Of a stretch of DNA of 64,000 bases, positions 1 through 14,989 are shown one piece after another (position 1 is the stretch's first letter; each line of letters starts with the position of its first letter). Source of the DNA: Cheilinus undulatus (taxonomy: Eukaryota); NCBI RefSeq assembly GCF_018320785.1, contig NC_054885.1, forward strand, positions 14,917,132-14,981,131, read 5' to 3'. The notes under the pieces were generated by a model. It was given only the letters and a program-made list of their open reading frames with translations, had not been told where the DNA came from and searched no databases. The position numbers and the translations under genes are program-made.

Positions 1-3000
1 TCCAGACTGAACCAGAAAGAGAAACACTTTTTGAAAAGAATAAAAGGCAACATGTAATGATTCAGATTTAAAAGTAGGCTATTAATCATAATAAACTAAA
101 CTAGCTGTGAGGTCAGAGTGACTAATGGACATTTTTGTGTTTCACCTGTTTGCTGCTCTTGATTACATCAACATGCATGGATGACGTTTTGTTTCTTAAA
201 AAAAACATCGTCCTCTTCCTCTGCTACCCTGTGTTACTCTGCTAAGCTTGTTTTTTTTCTTTACCACCAAACATGCACCAACCACTGTAACTGTAACTGT
301 CTGTTCCACTCAGCCAGTTATGTAGGGCTCAGAGAAAAAAAAAACACTGACAGCTGAACAGAATTCATCCAAAGAACTTAAAAACTAGCAACTGGTGTGT
401 GCAGCACAGCCGTGGAGCTCTCAGCACCACTGAGGCAAGAAGAGACGGAGAGAGAGATAGAAATGCAAACACAAGCATTCAAAATATAAAGCATGGATGC
501 TGCAGCAGTTTTAAAGCTCAGTGATGGTAGCCAGAAGCTGAATGCTGCGTCAAACTAACTCTCGGGCAAATAACTACAGGCTAAGCTGGAGCCGAGATGG
601 GCCATGTGGCTCCTAGAAAGCAGCTATAACACGCCTTCCTGTCAGTCAAATTAGCCACACCCCTGATCATGCGTGACTCATACCCTTGATATAATAAAAA
701 CGGATGATAAATAGATTTATGTCAGAATGGGCATTTTAATATTGATGTTAATGGGACTTCTGGGTTCTTCGCAATCAGCTCCAAGTGGTGGCTTTAAGCC
801 CTATAGTTGTTTGTTTTTTCACTTATGTTGCTGATTGCACAAGTTTGCACAGAGTCTCTGTGATTGGCTAGCAATGTATAGGCTAACACAGATTTGCTGT
901 AGGATTCAGACTAAATAATAAAGAGGCAAGTTAGCAATCATAAACATATATTAGACATTTTAAAGATGTATTTTCCGTCTTTTTATGCCTTTATTTCTAG
1001 AGGAGACAGGGCCGAGAGAATGGGATTGAGTTTGGATGAGTCTGTTAGTACAAAGGTTGCCTTTGCATTCAGCTTACATGAAATTACTTCTCACTTGAAG
1101 TGTCATTCATCAGTTAAAGGCTGCCATCTGGTTTGAAACATAGACTGTAGAAAGAATTGGACGGACTCTGTGTGACATCAGCCGTCTGCTTACAATAGGT
1201 GGACTCAAACAGCTTTTGACGCCAATTCATGGCGGCTTCCATATTGAAATCGTAGTCTCAACCGAGCTTTGGATCAACCTAACGGCCCGCCCAATAAGCG
1301 CAACTTCCTGTCAGCGAGCTAGCTAGCATTCTGGTTGACAGAAACATAGCCTCTGCCTGTCGAGCTATCTTTCAATCAAATGAAAGACCAATCACCGCAA
1401 AGTGAGGTTTATCCTGAATATAATCCAAATGATCATGGTACAAAAAAATTCACCCCCTGTACAGTGAGAGCACAATAAGACACTAGCTAATGAGGCACGT
1501 TTGGTTATTTGAACCAGGCAGTAAACCAGTTTATCTCTAGTGTAAAAAACGGCTAATAAGAAGGTGTCTAGACAGGACTTCCAGTGTTCCTGCAGCCAGC
1601 CTCAAGCGGACACTTGTCTTAATGCAGTTTTCCGCACTTCCGCATTGGCTTCATTTTTCAGGACCAGAGGTCACTGCTTGGTTTGAAACAACAGATCGGG
1701 TACTGGAGCAGGTGCCCATATAAAAAGGTTGTAGTCCTCAGTGCACTGGTTGTACCATGTTTGTGAGGTGTAAAAGTATCCAAAATCCAATTTGTGACAC
1801 GTCCTCTTGGTCTACTCGCTCTTACTAACCATTATGGGAATTCTGTTGTAAGCAGACTGACCTGGACATCTTTGATAGTTATCATTCCAGATCTTGCAGA
1901 CTCTCAATCATTTGATTCCACATACATGAGGGTTATTTTGAAAAATAATCAGTAGCAACCACAGACAAATTTAGACCTTTTTTAGGTTTGCTGAAGCACT
2001 CCTGAAATAGTAACAAGGGCTTATATCCCACCTGATTTTTCAGACATGACAGAAATGTATTTTATATTCCAGCTATTATGCTGATGATGTGTAGTAATGT
2101 TCAGCAAAAGGCTCTGACACAGTAGTCACATTTAAATAGGAAGACTCGGATCTTTTTCATCGCCTGTCTGCACAAGAAGTGATAATATGCCTGGGGAGAT
2201 TTCACATCTGCAGCTGCAATTAATTAAATATGTAATGATTATAATCTATTTTGCATTATGAAGTATTTATAAAACCTTTACAGATGTCTGAAAAACATCT
2301 TTGAATTATTAGAAGAGTTCTGCCAGGCAGCTCTAGTATTCAGTTATCTTTTGATACATGGTCTGAATGGGTTACTGTTTTTTTTTTTAGCTGAAACCTT
2401 TCTTCATCTTAAAAGTGAGGCACGTTTCAGATTCATGTGGCGAGTTAAAACCAAGTTGATATTCTACCTTATATGTGAAACATGGAGGAAAGATCTGCGG
2501 GGCAGAGTTCTCCTCGATAAAGGACACTGACTGTAAGAAAAGTGAGAGCCAGGCCATGTAGCACAAGTCTTTATGAGAGAGGACGCACATCAGAGTGGAG
2601 AGTGACTGCTGGAGGAGGCAGAGAGTGTAATAAGTGAAGATGAAATGACTGATGAAGACCTTCCCAGAGGAGTAAGAAGTAGAGATGGTCTAGAGGGATG
2701 AGAAGACGGTTAGAGTCTTCAGTCTGTCTCGAGTAGTTTAAAGTTAAGTGAAGGTTCTGAGTAGAAACCCCGGCCGCCTGCTGTGCACACTGTTAGCTTT
2801 AAGAAGAAAAATTCAAGTCACGTAGCAACAGCTCATTAAAAACTGACAAGACTGGTGGAGATCTTGAAGCTTCTAAAACTACAGAAAGCTTTCTGACAAG
2901 GAGAAACCACAAACACCTCAGTTTGGAGAATAATTTCATCTTCAGAGACGAGAACATTTTAGGAAGTCTGTTAGAACTAATAATGAGATGAAATGTGAAT

Positions 3001-3985
3001 AAATTTGGGGAAAGTCCAAACATAAAGAACAAAAATTCAGAGGAATAAATTGTTTTCTTGCATGAAAGATCCAGATTTTTTATAACTATATTAACATTTT
3101 TATAAATGCTTTTCAACTATTATTCCTGCACAGTGACAAGTCCAGTTATTTCTAACTTTATTTCTGGCCTGATGTCAGACTTGAATAAGAGCATTTTGAT
3201 CCCTTCTTAATTTTTTTTCTCAGACTTTCTGACTCTTTCCAGAGATTTAACTTTGCCTTTTTTAATCTCAACTCAGTTCATGTGTGCAGTTTTGAGTGTA
3301 GCCATTTTGAAGAAGATTGGAATTTGGTGGGCTAGTTCTAAAATTTCCTGTCTTTTATGTTTATTTGTACCTTGGACATAAAGGTGCTGGCATGTTAAGA
3401 CTTGTATGACATGGTAAGGTTGTCAACATTTTTTGCTACTTTGATAATCTTTTGATTCCACATGCTTTAAACCATTAAACCTTTAAACAGTGATCATCAA
3501 CTGGCGGCCTGGGGGCCACATCAGGCCCACCAGTTTGAAGAAAATGAGACTTCAGGGTTTAATTAGTCTCTTTAAAAGATTTGTTTACATTCATGTGGTG
3601 TGTGCTGTGACGCAGTTCCTGTTAAGCTTCCTGATGGTTTAACAGGCGCTGCAGTGTTTTTCTTCTTACCTGGCCTGAGCTCATTAGTCACCTGCATTTA
3701 TCAAACAGGTGTCTTTACAAAGACAGAGGCGTGAGGGGACATTGATGGAACCCCTCCAGTGTTGGCAGCCAATTGACCCTATGCGGGGACAAACAAGGGC
3801 TTTATCTAATGGCTTCCTGTCGTCTTTACTTTGTGTGTGAAGGCTGATCTGACAGGAGCTGCGTGACAAATACACACTTAAAAACAAACAGAAGCTCAAA
3901 GTTGTAACTCTGGGATTATTTGACAGCTCCATCTCTGTTCAGATTTCACTTTTTCAATGCTGAAAGGACATGAGATGATACACAA

Positions 3986-4445
3986 TATATGTCACAACAA
4001 TGATGATTTATTGGAATTGTATGGTGTGATAGAATACAACGCCATGCCATGCAATATAATTTACCGTATCATCTCATATCATATGACATCATCTATCACA
4101 TCCCATCCTATCCTATCCTATCAAATCATATTGTATCGTATCGCATAGCATCAGATCATATTGTATCGTATCAGATCGTATGGTAGCGTTTTGTATTGCA
4201 TCACATCTTATCGTATCAGATCTCATCAAATTGTATTGTATCATATCAGATTGTATCATATCGCATTGCATCATATCGTATCTTATCCCATCATATCATA
4301 TCGCATCACATAGCATCGCATCATATCACATAGCATTGTTTCATATTGCATCATATCATATTGTATCACATTGCATTGCATCGTATCGTATCACATCATA
4401 TCATATCGCATCGCACCATATGGTACCATATTGTATCGTATCGTA
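3986..4445. repeat. Complex simple-sequence repeat, pentamer-based (ATCRT/ATCAY)n
   Basis: Direct reading shows tcgtatcatatcacatc... for about 460 bp. This gives the spurious ORFs at 3957-4509. Confidence 0.9.
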
Positions 4446-6327
4446 TTGTCTCGTCTCTGGACTCCTTGGTCTCAATTTCAGTCTAGACCTGGGATTTCTT
4501 GGAATTTGAGTTGACCCTCTTGGTTGTGTATCACTATTTTTTTCTTTTCTTGTACTCAGTTGTCTTCAAGTCTTAATATTGGAGGTCTATCTTCATATTT
4601 TGCTAGGTCTTAATTAAGATCTTCCTTGTTCTCATTGCTTGTTCTCAGTTTATCTTTTTACTTGAGCACTGTTGACCTTAAACTAAGACTTGGTGGGATT
4701 GGTCATGATTTGTCATTTGTTGCTTTTATTTTTGAGACTTTATTTGTGACTCTAATTGAGCTTGGGTTTAGTTCACGTTTTAATTCTGTTTCTTTGAATT
4801 TGGCCTATTGGTCCTTGAATTTCTTCTTTACTTGAGACTGGTTTTGATTTGCATCTTGACTGGTTGTACCTTGCCATGAGAATAGTCTTTTTATAATCTC
4901 TCTCTTGAATTGGATTCGGCCCCAAACTTTGGGCTCTGTCTTATTTTAGTCTCCACTGGGTTTGTCTTGACTTAGGGCTTGTTGCTTTGACTTACAACCT
5001 GATTTTTTACTTTTTCTTAAATTGAATTTACAGATGAGGACAAAATTATTTCTACATAGCTCTTGTTTTACACAGTTTAATGAATATTTCATAGTAAACA
5101 AAAATCAAAGACTGAAATATTTATTCTTTATAAGTTAGGCATTCCTGTAAGCTATGTACAAATAAATAGTGATCTGTAATTCAAACAGGAACTATGTCTG
5201 TGTCAAATAAATAACATATCTCTCTTTACACCAAGGTTTTTGCTTTCTTCTCCGTCTCCTGAAAACATCCAAACAGTGACTAGATTTGATGTTGACCTTC
5301 CTTCGACCTCAGCTGTCAGTTAAACCATGTAGAGGTATGAATGACCTCTGCTGTTCAGGCCTTTGCCCTCTCTTTCTTTAAACACGATGGATGGAGCTAT
5401 CGCTATGATGGGAAACCTGTCTGTCAGCTACTCACCTGGACCATGAACCTGCAGTCTGACATGTTTATTGAAGTGTGGATTGGAGCAGATCTGGGGCGGC
5501 ACTGATGGCTTATTTTCAGCCGGCGAAGTTGACTTTGGAAATGTTGCTGAGCTGAAATCTCATCCAGTGCAGGGTTCATCTACAGAGTGCCGCTCCCACA
5601 GATTGGAGGTGGGCGGTAGATAAATCCTTTCCAGGCTGCACAGACTCCTGCTAGAAGCAATCGATCTTCTTCTCTCTGCCCCCTCCCCTTCTTTTAAACC
5701 TGTGGCTTTATTGAGAAGAATTGTGTTTTAGTCAACTGAATTTGTAGGAAGCACTTAATGCAAACGGCTTGAATTAAATATTTTACTTTTCTTTGGATCC
5801 AAACCAAATCTTGTGGGTATTTTGTGAAGCTTGTGATCGGATAATCTGTGAGGCAAGATGAGTTGATAAAAGGCAGACACAGAGGGCTGAAGGATGACTT
5901 TATAAGACATTGCTATAATAAGGGTCGAGGGGGTGAGTAAGTGGAAGCAGAGAGACTATTAGAGACAGAAATCCTCTCCACAGGAGGGAGAGAGAAGGAG
6001 AAAGGGTGAGACATAGAAGGAGGATCAAAGTATTGATCTTCTCACCCTCTGCTGGGTGAAAACCAGAGATGAAATCAAAGAGCTGCAGTGTGTGGAGTTT
6101 AATGAACTGCATCAGTGGTTATCTGAGTCTGAGAGTACTGGAACGTGGCTGAGTACTACGACCATTGACTGCTTATTAATGTGAACGGTGTGCCTCTGTC
6201 TCCTTCTGTTGCACAAAAGTGAAGCCAAAATGCCCCTGCCATGTTATGTGCAAAAAGGGATGCTGATGCTACATCATTTCTGCAAACTCAAGCACACATT
6301 AAACTAACCTTTGAAATGTCAAAGATC

Positions 6328-6560
6328 CCAAGGGAGACTGTGGCTCAGTAGGTGGAGATGGTCCACTCTCAACCGGAAGGTTAGGACTTCGATCCCAAGC
6401 TCCCGCAGTCACATGTCGATGTGTCTTTATCCTTGGATAAGTGTGACCTGGGGCATTAAAAGAGCATCGAGTTGTCAAGCTCTAGTCCACACAGTCCTAG
6501 GAGCCCAAATGACTCACCTTATGGATGGAAACAAGTTGTAGCCAGAGACTAGAGTTGCAA
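6328..6560 (+). mobile_element. tRNA-derived SINE of a second type
   Basis: tRNA-like head with A/B boxes: GTGGCTCAGTAGGTGGAGATGGTCCACTCTCAACCGGAAGGTTAGGACTTCGATCCCAAGC, followed by a non-tRNA body. It is not a cloverleaf-complete tRNA gene. Confidence 0.6.
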
Positions 6561-7028
6561 AGACAATAAACTTCTTCAGTCTCCACAACAATCATCATAT
6601 CCACGTAGCGCAAATCCATTTGACCGTCTGAGCTGCACGTAGATACACATCTATGACTTTAAAAACCACCCATGGTGGCAGGCTGGACTCTTTTACTGGC
6701 ATGAAACATAAACATCTTTGTTAAGGCATGACCTGAGTGGTTGCAGTGGTAGCTTCTTCTTCTTTTTCCTCCTCGGCGAGTTTGCAAAACAGCTACGTGT
6801 CTACCGCTGATTACTGTATCAGATTGAGAACACACATAATGAATACCAGGGTTATAATCAAAACCAGTTAAAACACTCAAACTGAACATTTGGATATAAA
6901 CCAGCTTGATAATAGCTAAGAAACACTGCATTATTAATTGCAATTAATCTCAGAATTCCTTTAGTTAGTCACAATCATTGCATCCTTTACATCACTTTGA
7001 AAATGTCCCTATTTTGCATTCAAAACTG

Positions 7029-7059
<31 letters not shown>

Positions 7060-9889
7060 GGTTTTTTTGTCTTTTTGGACTTTTCTACTGTCTTAAACTA
7101 AGGATAATTGACTTACTGTTTGAGAACAGAAATACTTTTAAAGATAAGAACAGGAACTTTACAGAAAAAGAAACTTGTCATGGATTTATAATGAAATAAG
7201 GAACAGTTATATGCTAAATGACTTTTGACTTGATTTTGACTTGATCTTTGATTATTGTGGTTCACGCTGACAGCCCTACTTTAATTAAACATTAAGGATG
7301 TTCCCAGATGTTGATTTCCCTATTCAGCTAAACGCCCATTCAAATCTCTTTTGACCAACTTGTCTAAAGATGAGAAAATACTTAAAACAGTCAAATATTG
7401 AGTCAGCGGGTATGATGTATACTCTGTAGAGCGTGGCTAACATTAAAAGCTAGCTCCCCTTTGTACCTCTATGCAGCCTAATATCGTGCTTTGATATGTG
7501 GCGTCTTTTCACTTCAGTCAAGTATGGGAATTCATACAACCCTGGACAGACTGCACACCTCTTTATTTCCATTTTCTACTTTGAAAACTGTCATACCATG
7601 CTTTTCCTACTATATGCTAACTGCTAAGCTTCTTAAATTTACATGTGATGTAACTATCTGACAGGAGGGCAGCGGCCTCTAGTGGCGGGAGGTTCATAAC
7701 AGTTTAAAAGAGCATTAGACTGGGATTTCAAGCCTTTGTCTATTAAAAAAATGATAGGTAACTAGTTTAACCTACTCGTAAATATCACACTAGCTCATCA
7801 TAAAAAACAAAATTAACGGTTTAACCATGCATATCTAAATTTATTATTAAAGGTCATATACTTTACTCCTTTAAGACAAGTTTATATTGGTCTCAGAGGT
7901 CCCCAAGACATGCCTGTGAAGTTTGTTGCTGAAAAAACACTCCCATATTAGATTTTTACATGTCTAAAAACTCCTCTGTTTCAGCCCTGCTCAGAACAAG
8001 CTGTTTCTGTGTCTGTGGCTTTAATTGTTAATGGGCTGTCTGACTCCGCCCCTGACCACGCCTCTCTCAGGAAATGGATGTGACTCTCCTGATCCTCCTC
8101 TCTGTTGCCCCTCTCTGAGGGGCAACAGAGAGTCACAGTCACAGGGTCACAGTCAGAATTTGGGGGGCATAGTGGACAGGCCAGGGTCACATAAGCCTGA
8201 AAAGTTGTATTTTGCACAGCCACTAGGGGAAGCTCTAAATATTTTGGCTTTACTCACAGGCATCTGTTGCACCGTCCATTTTAGTACACAGTCCGGCTGT
8301 ATCTGAAACTGTGTGCTTTTCATCCTGTTCATATTAAGTTGCCATACAATGAAGTGAAACTTTTTACTGTATTTAATGGCGGAGCTTGCCATACAGCCAA
8401 CAAGCAGCATAAAAATAAAAATATCCATACTGTAAAATACGTGGTCATGGAAATTAATTAACATATTAGAGGTGAACCCAAATTGTTGATGTATTTGAAC
8501 CACCAAACCCCCAACTTGGGCAGAGGCTCTAACCTCCAGTTTGAGTTGACTCAGCCTACCTCTACTAAAAATCAGTGCTGGTTCACTCTTGATCGCTATC
8601 TAGCCCTGTCCTTGCTTTCACATTTTCTCACTGACAGGAAGAAAACTAAAGGTGTCAGTGTCTTCTCATGATATTTTGGGAACAACTGTCATTTCTATTT
8701 TTACACATTATGTAAAAGACTCAATCATTTAAAAGACTGTCTGCTGCTGATGATCCATCCAATAAAGGTAGGCATGATTTGTGGTCAGGGAACTAATTTA
8801 GAAAAATCTGGTTTCGTAACAGACAACAGCTGACCTTCTCAAGTAAAACAGTCAAGCAACACCTACGACCAGAGAGAACAAATACTAAAATATCCAAAGA
8901 GGGGGAGATACACGAGCAGAAAGACTAATCTGTTGGCAGTGTGAATCCTCGGTGGAAAACTAGCAGGACGTGGTTTAGTGTTAGTGATGTCTCCACCTGT
9001 GGGAAGGACACCGAGGGCTGAATGAATGTGAAATTCTAGAACATTTTCAATTTTTGACGCCTAAAGCGAAAAAACACCAAAAGTAGCTGAAATGCCAGAG
9101 GCAAACACAGAGTTCAAAAGGAATGGAGATGCTGAAACATCAGAAAAAAATCATCAAAGAGTATGTCAGATGGACGCAATGCTTCAAATATTCAAGAGTG
9201 AGATTATTTATGCCATAGTTTCTGCTTTAAATCCTTGGAGGTTGTTGTTGAGAACGAGTACAAACATGTTTGGACTAAAACATGGCAAAACAAGACAAGA
9301 AGGTATCATGACAAATAGATATCATTGTATTGGTTCAGTTACACAAATTTAATGATTAAATCTCTGGGGATATTAAAATCCTCACATAAATAACTCATCA
9401 AACTGTTGCCTGAACAGATTCTGAATTTTTTCTTCAACCTGTCATAATTTAGTTCCTGCTGATTAAACCAACTTAGACTTAATTTATACGGAGCTGATCC
9501 ACCTAAACGAGTCCCAATAAACAATCAGACCCGTCCAGTGTAAGACACCCATTTAACCCTATTTGACCGTTTTAATACAATTAATCTAATCAAGTTATAT
9601 TTGTTACATTCAAGTTATGCTACTCAACTAATTAGTTTTGAGTAATCCATCTAAACTTAGCAGACGAGGTTCATCAAATTCTGAAATTTTCCTCAATTTA
9701 CAATCTTAAAGTAAAGTTATTAAATACCTTTACCTAAACTATCCTGAACTATTCCAATTAAACTAATCCACTTAAATAAGTCAGAAGAAGGCAGCCCACC
9801 AGAAGCAGTGATTTACTAATCAATCTAAACTAATCCTAACCTGACCCACCAGATAGACTGATGCTCATCCATATCATAGGATATGTTCC

Positions 9890-10290
9890 ACATCCATCTA
9901 GACGTCACAGATTGACCTTTTAAACTCATGATTTCAACTTTTGTACTTTCATATTTTGACCCTTATAACTCATGATTTCAATTTTAATCTCATATTTTGA
10001 CCTTTTAAACCCGTAATTTCATCTTTAATCTCATATTTTGACCCTTTAAACTCATGATTTCAAATTTTTTCTCAGATTTTGACCTCTAATACTCATGGTT
10101 TTGACTTTTATCTCATATTTTGACATTTAAAACTCATGATTTTGACTGTTATATTATATATCTTCCATTTAAAATCTTTTTTTTTTCGACTCTTAATTTT
10201 GTGTTTTGACCTTTAAATCTAATGAATTTGACTTTTTATCTCAGTTCTTGAGCCTTTAAACTTTTTATTTGGACTTTTTTTAAACCTCAA
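9890..10290. repeat. Minisatellite, about 41 bp unit x about 9
   Basis: Repeating ttttgacc(c)tttaaactcatgatttcaa(c/t)ttttatctcata. Confidence 0.85.
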
Positions 10291-10936
10291 AATCATTCAT
10301 CATGAGTCAAGAGTTTTATGCCCCATGATTTATCGTTGGTGAAAATAAGGTTGAAAGTTTATGGTTAAATGTTGATCCTGTTAGGCCCCCAGGTTAGAGC
10401 TAATTTTAAAATTTAGCCCCTGCTGTGATTGAGTTTGACATCCCTGCTCTACAGTATACGACCATTTTTTTAAAATAGCCCTATTACGGCCTTATGAGGA
10501 AGAAAGCTGTTGAAAGTGGTGCCAGCTTGGCCAGTATAGCTGCTTATTATGCAGTAATTCAGGCCAAATTCTCAGTAGCATTAGGTTGTATGGATGTGGG
10601 ATTTTAGCCACTGGTCTTGCAGTAATGAAGGATCATGACTCAAGCTCTTCATATTGTTATATTGGTTCCTCTGGTAAAGAGCCAAGCCCACTTTTCAGAT
10701 GAAAAAACAGATATTGAAAGTGTTTCTTATTCACTGCTTTTACTGTAATCTACTTCAACCAGTTCTTCTAAATAAGTCTGTTTAAACCAGTTCAGTTTCA
10801 GTGGTCTAAACCAGTCTGACATCCAAACTGCAGAATATTACCTCACTAAACTAATTCAGTTTAATGAATGCTCAAACTTGTCTGATCAAACCAGTAAGAT
10901 CAAGCGAATCTGAATAAATTGATCTAATTGATTTAA

Positions 10937-11182
<246 letters not shown>

Positions 11183-11337
11183 TAAGAAGTCGTAACACTG
11201 GACATAGATCATCTTTGGTGTTCTTTAAGAACTGAGTAAGAAAGTTTTTGCTCTGATGTTTTGGGCGTTTTATACCTTTATTCAGAGAGGAGGTCAGTGG
11301 ATAGCGTTGGACATTGGGTGTGTTGTTTTCTCTGTTG

Positions 11338-11527
11338 AAGCCCACAGACTTGGGCGCACAGATGGTTGAGTGGTTTAAGGCGCGCACCATGTATGCGGGC
11401 GGCCCAGGTTCAAATCCGGCCTGCGGCCCTTTGCCACATGTCTCTCTCTTCTCTCATCCCTGTTTCTGAGTCTATCCACTGTCCTCCACAACCTCATAAA
11501 GGCATTAAAAGGCCTAAAAATAAATCT
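11338..11527 (+). mobile_element. tRNA-derived SINE (family A), copy 1
   Basis: tRNA-like head: GGTTTAAGGCGCGCACCATGTATGCGGGCGGCCCAGGTTCAAATCCGG. Conserved body ...TGTCTCTC..CCTGTTTC.GAGTCTATCCACTGTCCT..AATAAAGGC, then an A-rich tail. Four copies share this structure. Confidence 0.85.
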
Positions 11528-11717
11528 TAAAAAAAGAAGCCCCCAGACTCAAACAACTGATCAGGAGATGACAATACGCTGAGGCAAAAGAACACATGGC
11601 CCAGCGCCAAAGCTTTCATTATCAAATTAAGTGGAGCATATGAATTTTTTAATCACCCACCTTTTTAGGGCAATTAGTTCACTGCTTGGGCCATAAACTT
11701 CAATAATGCCTTATAAT

Positions 11718-12942
11718 TACAGTTACAAGAAAAAATATGTGAACCCTTTGGGATTTCTTGGATTTCTACATAAATTCACAACAACAGACAAACACAGTGT
11801 GCTTATACTAATACCGTACAAAATATTACATGTTTTCATGTTTTTATTGAACAAACCATGTAAACATTCACAATGCAGGGTGGAAAAAGTATGTGAACCC
11901 CTAGGCTAATTGGAGCCAGGAGTTAGCCAAACTGGAGTCCAATCAATGTGATGAGATTGGATGTGTTGGTTAAAGCTGCCCTGCCCTATAAAAAACACAC
12001 ACCAGTTTTGAGTTTGCTGTTCTCAAGAAGCATTGCCTGATGTGAACCGTGCTTCGCACAAAAGAGCTCTCAGAAGACCTATGATCAAGAATTTATGACT
12101 TGCATGAAACTGGAAAGGGTTACAAAAGTATCTCTGAAAGCCATGATGTTCATGTGTCCACAGTGAGACAGACTGTCTACAAATGGAGAAAGTTCAGCAC
12201 TGTTGCTACTCTCCCTAGGCGTGGTAGTCCTGTAAAGATGACTGCAAGAGCACAGCGCAGAATGCGGTGGTGGGGCCATCATGGTTTGGGGCTGCTTTGC
12301 TGCCTCAGGGCCTGGATGGATTGCTGCCATTGACGGAAAAATGAATTCCCAAGTTTATCAAGACATTTTACAGGAAAACTTAAGACCATCTGTCCACCAA
12401 CTGAAGCTCAACAGAGGATGGGTGATGCAACAGGACAACGACCCAAAGCGTAGAAAAAAATCAACAACAGAATGGCTTCAACAGAAGAAAATACGCCTTC
12501 TGGAGTGGCCCAGTCAGAGTCCTGACCTCAACCCAATTGAGATGCTGTGGCATGACCTCAAGAGGGCGATTCACATCAGACATCCCAATGATATTGCTGA
12601 ACTGAAACAGTTTTGTAAAGAGGAATGGTCCAAAATTCCTCCTGACCGTTGTGCAGGTCTGATCTGCAACTACAGGAAACGTTTGGTTGAGGTTATTGCT
12701 GCCAAAGGAGGGTCAACCAGTTATTAAATCGAAAGGTTCACATACTTTTTCCACCCTGCACTGTGAATGTTTACATGGTTTGTTCAAGAAAAACATGAAA
12801 ACATGTAATATTTTGTGCAGTATTAGTTTAAGCAGACTGTGTTTGTCTATTGTTGTGACTTAGATGAAAATCAGAACACATTTGATGACCAGTTTATACA
12901 GAAATCCAAGAAATCCCAAAGGGTTCACATACTTTTCTTGCA
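11718..12942 (+). mobile_element. Tc1/mariner (Tc1-like) DNA transposon, internally damaged copy with long (~200 bp) terminal inverted repeats
   Basis: Left end is TACAGTTACAAGAAAAAATATGTGAACCCTTTGGGATTTCTTGG.... The right end is its reverse complement, ...CCAAAGGGTTCACATACTTTTCTTGCAACTGTA. Internal transposase ORF at 12281-12727 ends in the C-terminal motifs ...WPSQSPDLNPIEMLWHDLKRAIH.... The N-terminal part at 12100-12330 is frameshifted. Confidence 0.85.
12100..12727 (+). pseudogene. Tc1-like transposase, frameshifted
   Basis: N-terminal HTH part ([44 protein letters not shown]) is in a different frame from the DDE C-terminal part (QQDNDPK...SPDLNPIE...). Confidence 0.8.
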
Positions 12943-14989
12943 ACTGTATATCACCTTGAATTTAGTGGGAACAATGAGTCTGCATTTGTAAAGCTGATCT
13001 CAAATATGGCAGCGCTGGACTCCATGGCCTGCCTGAACTAACGCTATATGCTTGATTTAATGGATGACAAGGCAAATGGACAATCATTTCAAGGTTTTTT
13101 GGGATGCCAATCACATTTCAGGGGGTCCTGTTTGCCCCCATCTATCACTGACTCTGCCCCAGGAATATTATTAGTACTGCCATTTGCTGCTGTAACCCAC
13201 CAGGGAGTTAAACAAGGTATTCTTATTTTGGTTGCCAGTATGCTTACCATTTACAGCATTGTTTCAGTTTAGTCACAAAAAATTACATCAATAAATTCTC
13301 CTTGTCAAGATGTTTGTTAATAGAATTAGCATAGTAGCAGCGCCTTGTGCACAAGCTGCAGTTTCAGATGTCAATTAAGTCTGAATTTAACATGTTGACT
13401 ATGAGATTTTAAAGCTATTTATTTACATAACAAACAGAAGCTTTTTGTCCAGTGACGGCAGACGTAGTGGTAGTGAGAAGTTTAGACATCTGGGGTTGGA
13501 ACGATTTAAAACGACCTTTGGGCTTTGAATCACAGTGGTTCAAGTTTGAAAGTAATCCTAAATAAGGAAAAATGTTGAAGATCTTATAAAGTCATGTAAT
13601 ACTCTTTTAATATTTTCATACATTGACTTTAAATCTGTTCATTTCTTACAGTTTTTCCCAAACACTTGTCCTTACACTAATTAGCATGGTTACAAAAGCA
13701 TGATAAAAGTGGACATGTCTGAACTGCAGCCAAAATAAGACCAAGACAACATTTCAGTTCAACAACACATTTATTTTCTGTGCAGTTAGATTCAGCGAGC
13801 GGACACTGCTTCAGAATAACTGTGCTGGTGAACCTCCTGAAGTAGATGTCAAATGTTGATATACATACTGTTTTATTAGGGGAACCGGTCTCACTGGGTT
13901 CCATATGTTGAACCAGACCGGATCACATAGTAGAGCCATTGAAGGCTGGACTTGAGCGCTGACAAGACAAATAAAACAAGCTGGAGTCCGGCCATATTAT
14001 TAACTTTGCTAATCAGCGATGCTGTTGTTGTAAAAGCAGCCCCATCTGTTCACCAGCAGGACAGATAATTAGTAAGAAGAAGGAAACAGAGCAAGCAGAG
14101 TCGTCTTAGCTGAGCTCTGTCAGGAGGAAACACCGCAGGGACAGAATCGAGGATTTAAGGCTTTTCCTCGCTTTTGTTTCTCTCACACTTGGGGAAACTG
14201 TCACACGCTGTCAGAATACAAACAGAGTCTGAGACAGAACAAGAAAGCAAATAATGAATTCAGAGCTTTAAAATAACTCAGGATATCTCCATACTGTGTC
14301 TCTGTTTGCTTTCAGTAAGTACACATCACGTTAAAACAAGCCAGTGCTCAATCTGTAAAGTAGACCCTTGTTCAAACAAACTGTAAAGCAGTCAGATTTT
14401 GGGATTCGTTCCTTAGGCGAACGAACTTTGCCACTAACTTTGGCTCATTTGCAAATTAAAATTATTCCCTTTGGTCAAATGATAGCCAGAAACAACTGCA
14501 ACTTGATTCAAAACACTAAGAAAGGGTTAGCTGGGTATGTTTAAAGTTCATTCGACAGCCGGCATTGATAGAAAACAAGAAAATCAACATCTTGCAGGCA
14601 AAACATGATACTCATGTGGGCTGATGAACAAGCTGGTGTGACATTCAGCTGAAAAAGTGCAAATAGTCAAAGCTTTGTATTTAACAGCCAAATCTTACTC
14701 CACTGGAAAAAGTTTTCAGTCTGGTGAAGTCTTTTCTAACAGAATCTTTAGATTGAAGTTCACGTAACAGACAAGAACTATTGACAGGGGGTTATATGCC
14801 TCAGGGAGGTACACGATTGCCTAGCACTGAAAGTACAGAGGTGGGCTGAGAAGAAGGGCTGCTCTTTTTTACATTGACCTTTTACCTCTTTAATACACAC
14901 AGTCTATTCTTAAATCAGATGAACTTTTATGCAAAGATTGAAGAAAATACCAGAACATTCTAGGGATATCGGTGTTAAAAAGCAAAAGA

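Noticed and set aside
3957-4509. ORFs of 63 aa and 109 aa (MVAFCIASHLIVSDL...)
   Set aside because: They lie entirely within the (ATCRT)n complex microsatellite. The periodic amino-acid composition (I/S/Y/H/C) is a translation artefact.
5380-5460. Possible minus-strand exon ending in CAG|GTGAGT (MSDCRFMVQ)
   Set aside because: Only 9 codons before the putative donor and no recognisable homology. Cannot be supported from sequence alone.
11338-11420. tRNA-like sequences at 11338, 22019, 49618, 53038 and 6328
   Set aside because: These are heads of SINEs, with conserved non-tRNA bodies and A-tails. They do not fold into complete cloverleafs with proper acceptor stems. Not called as tRNA genes.
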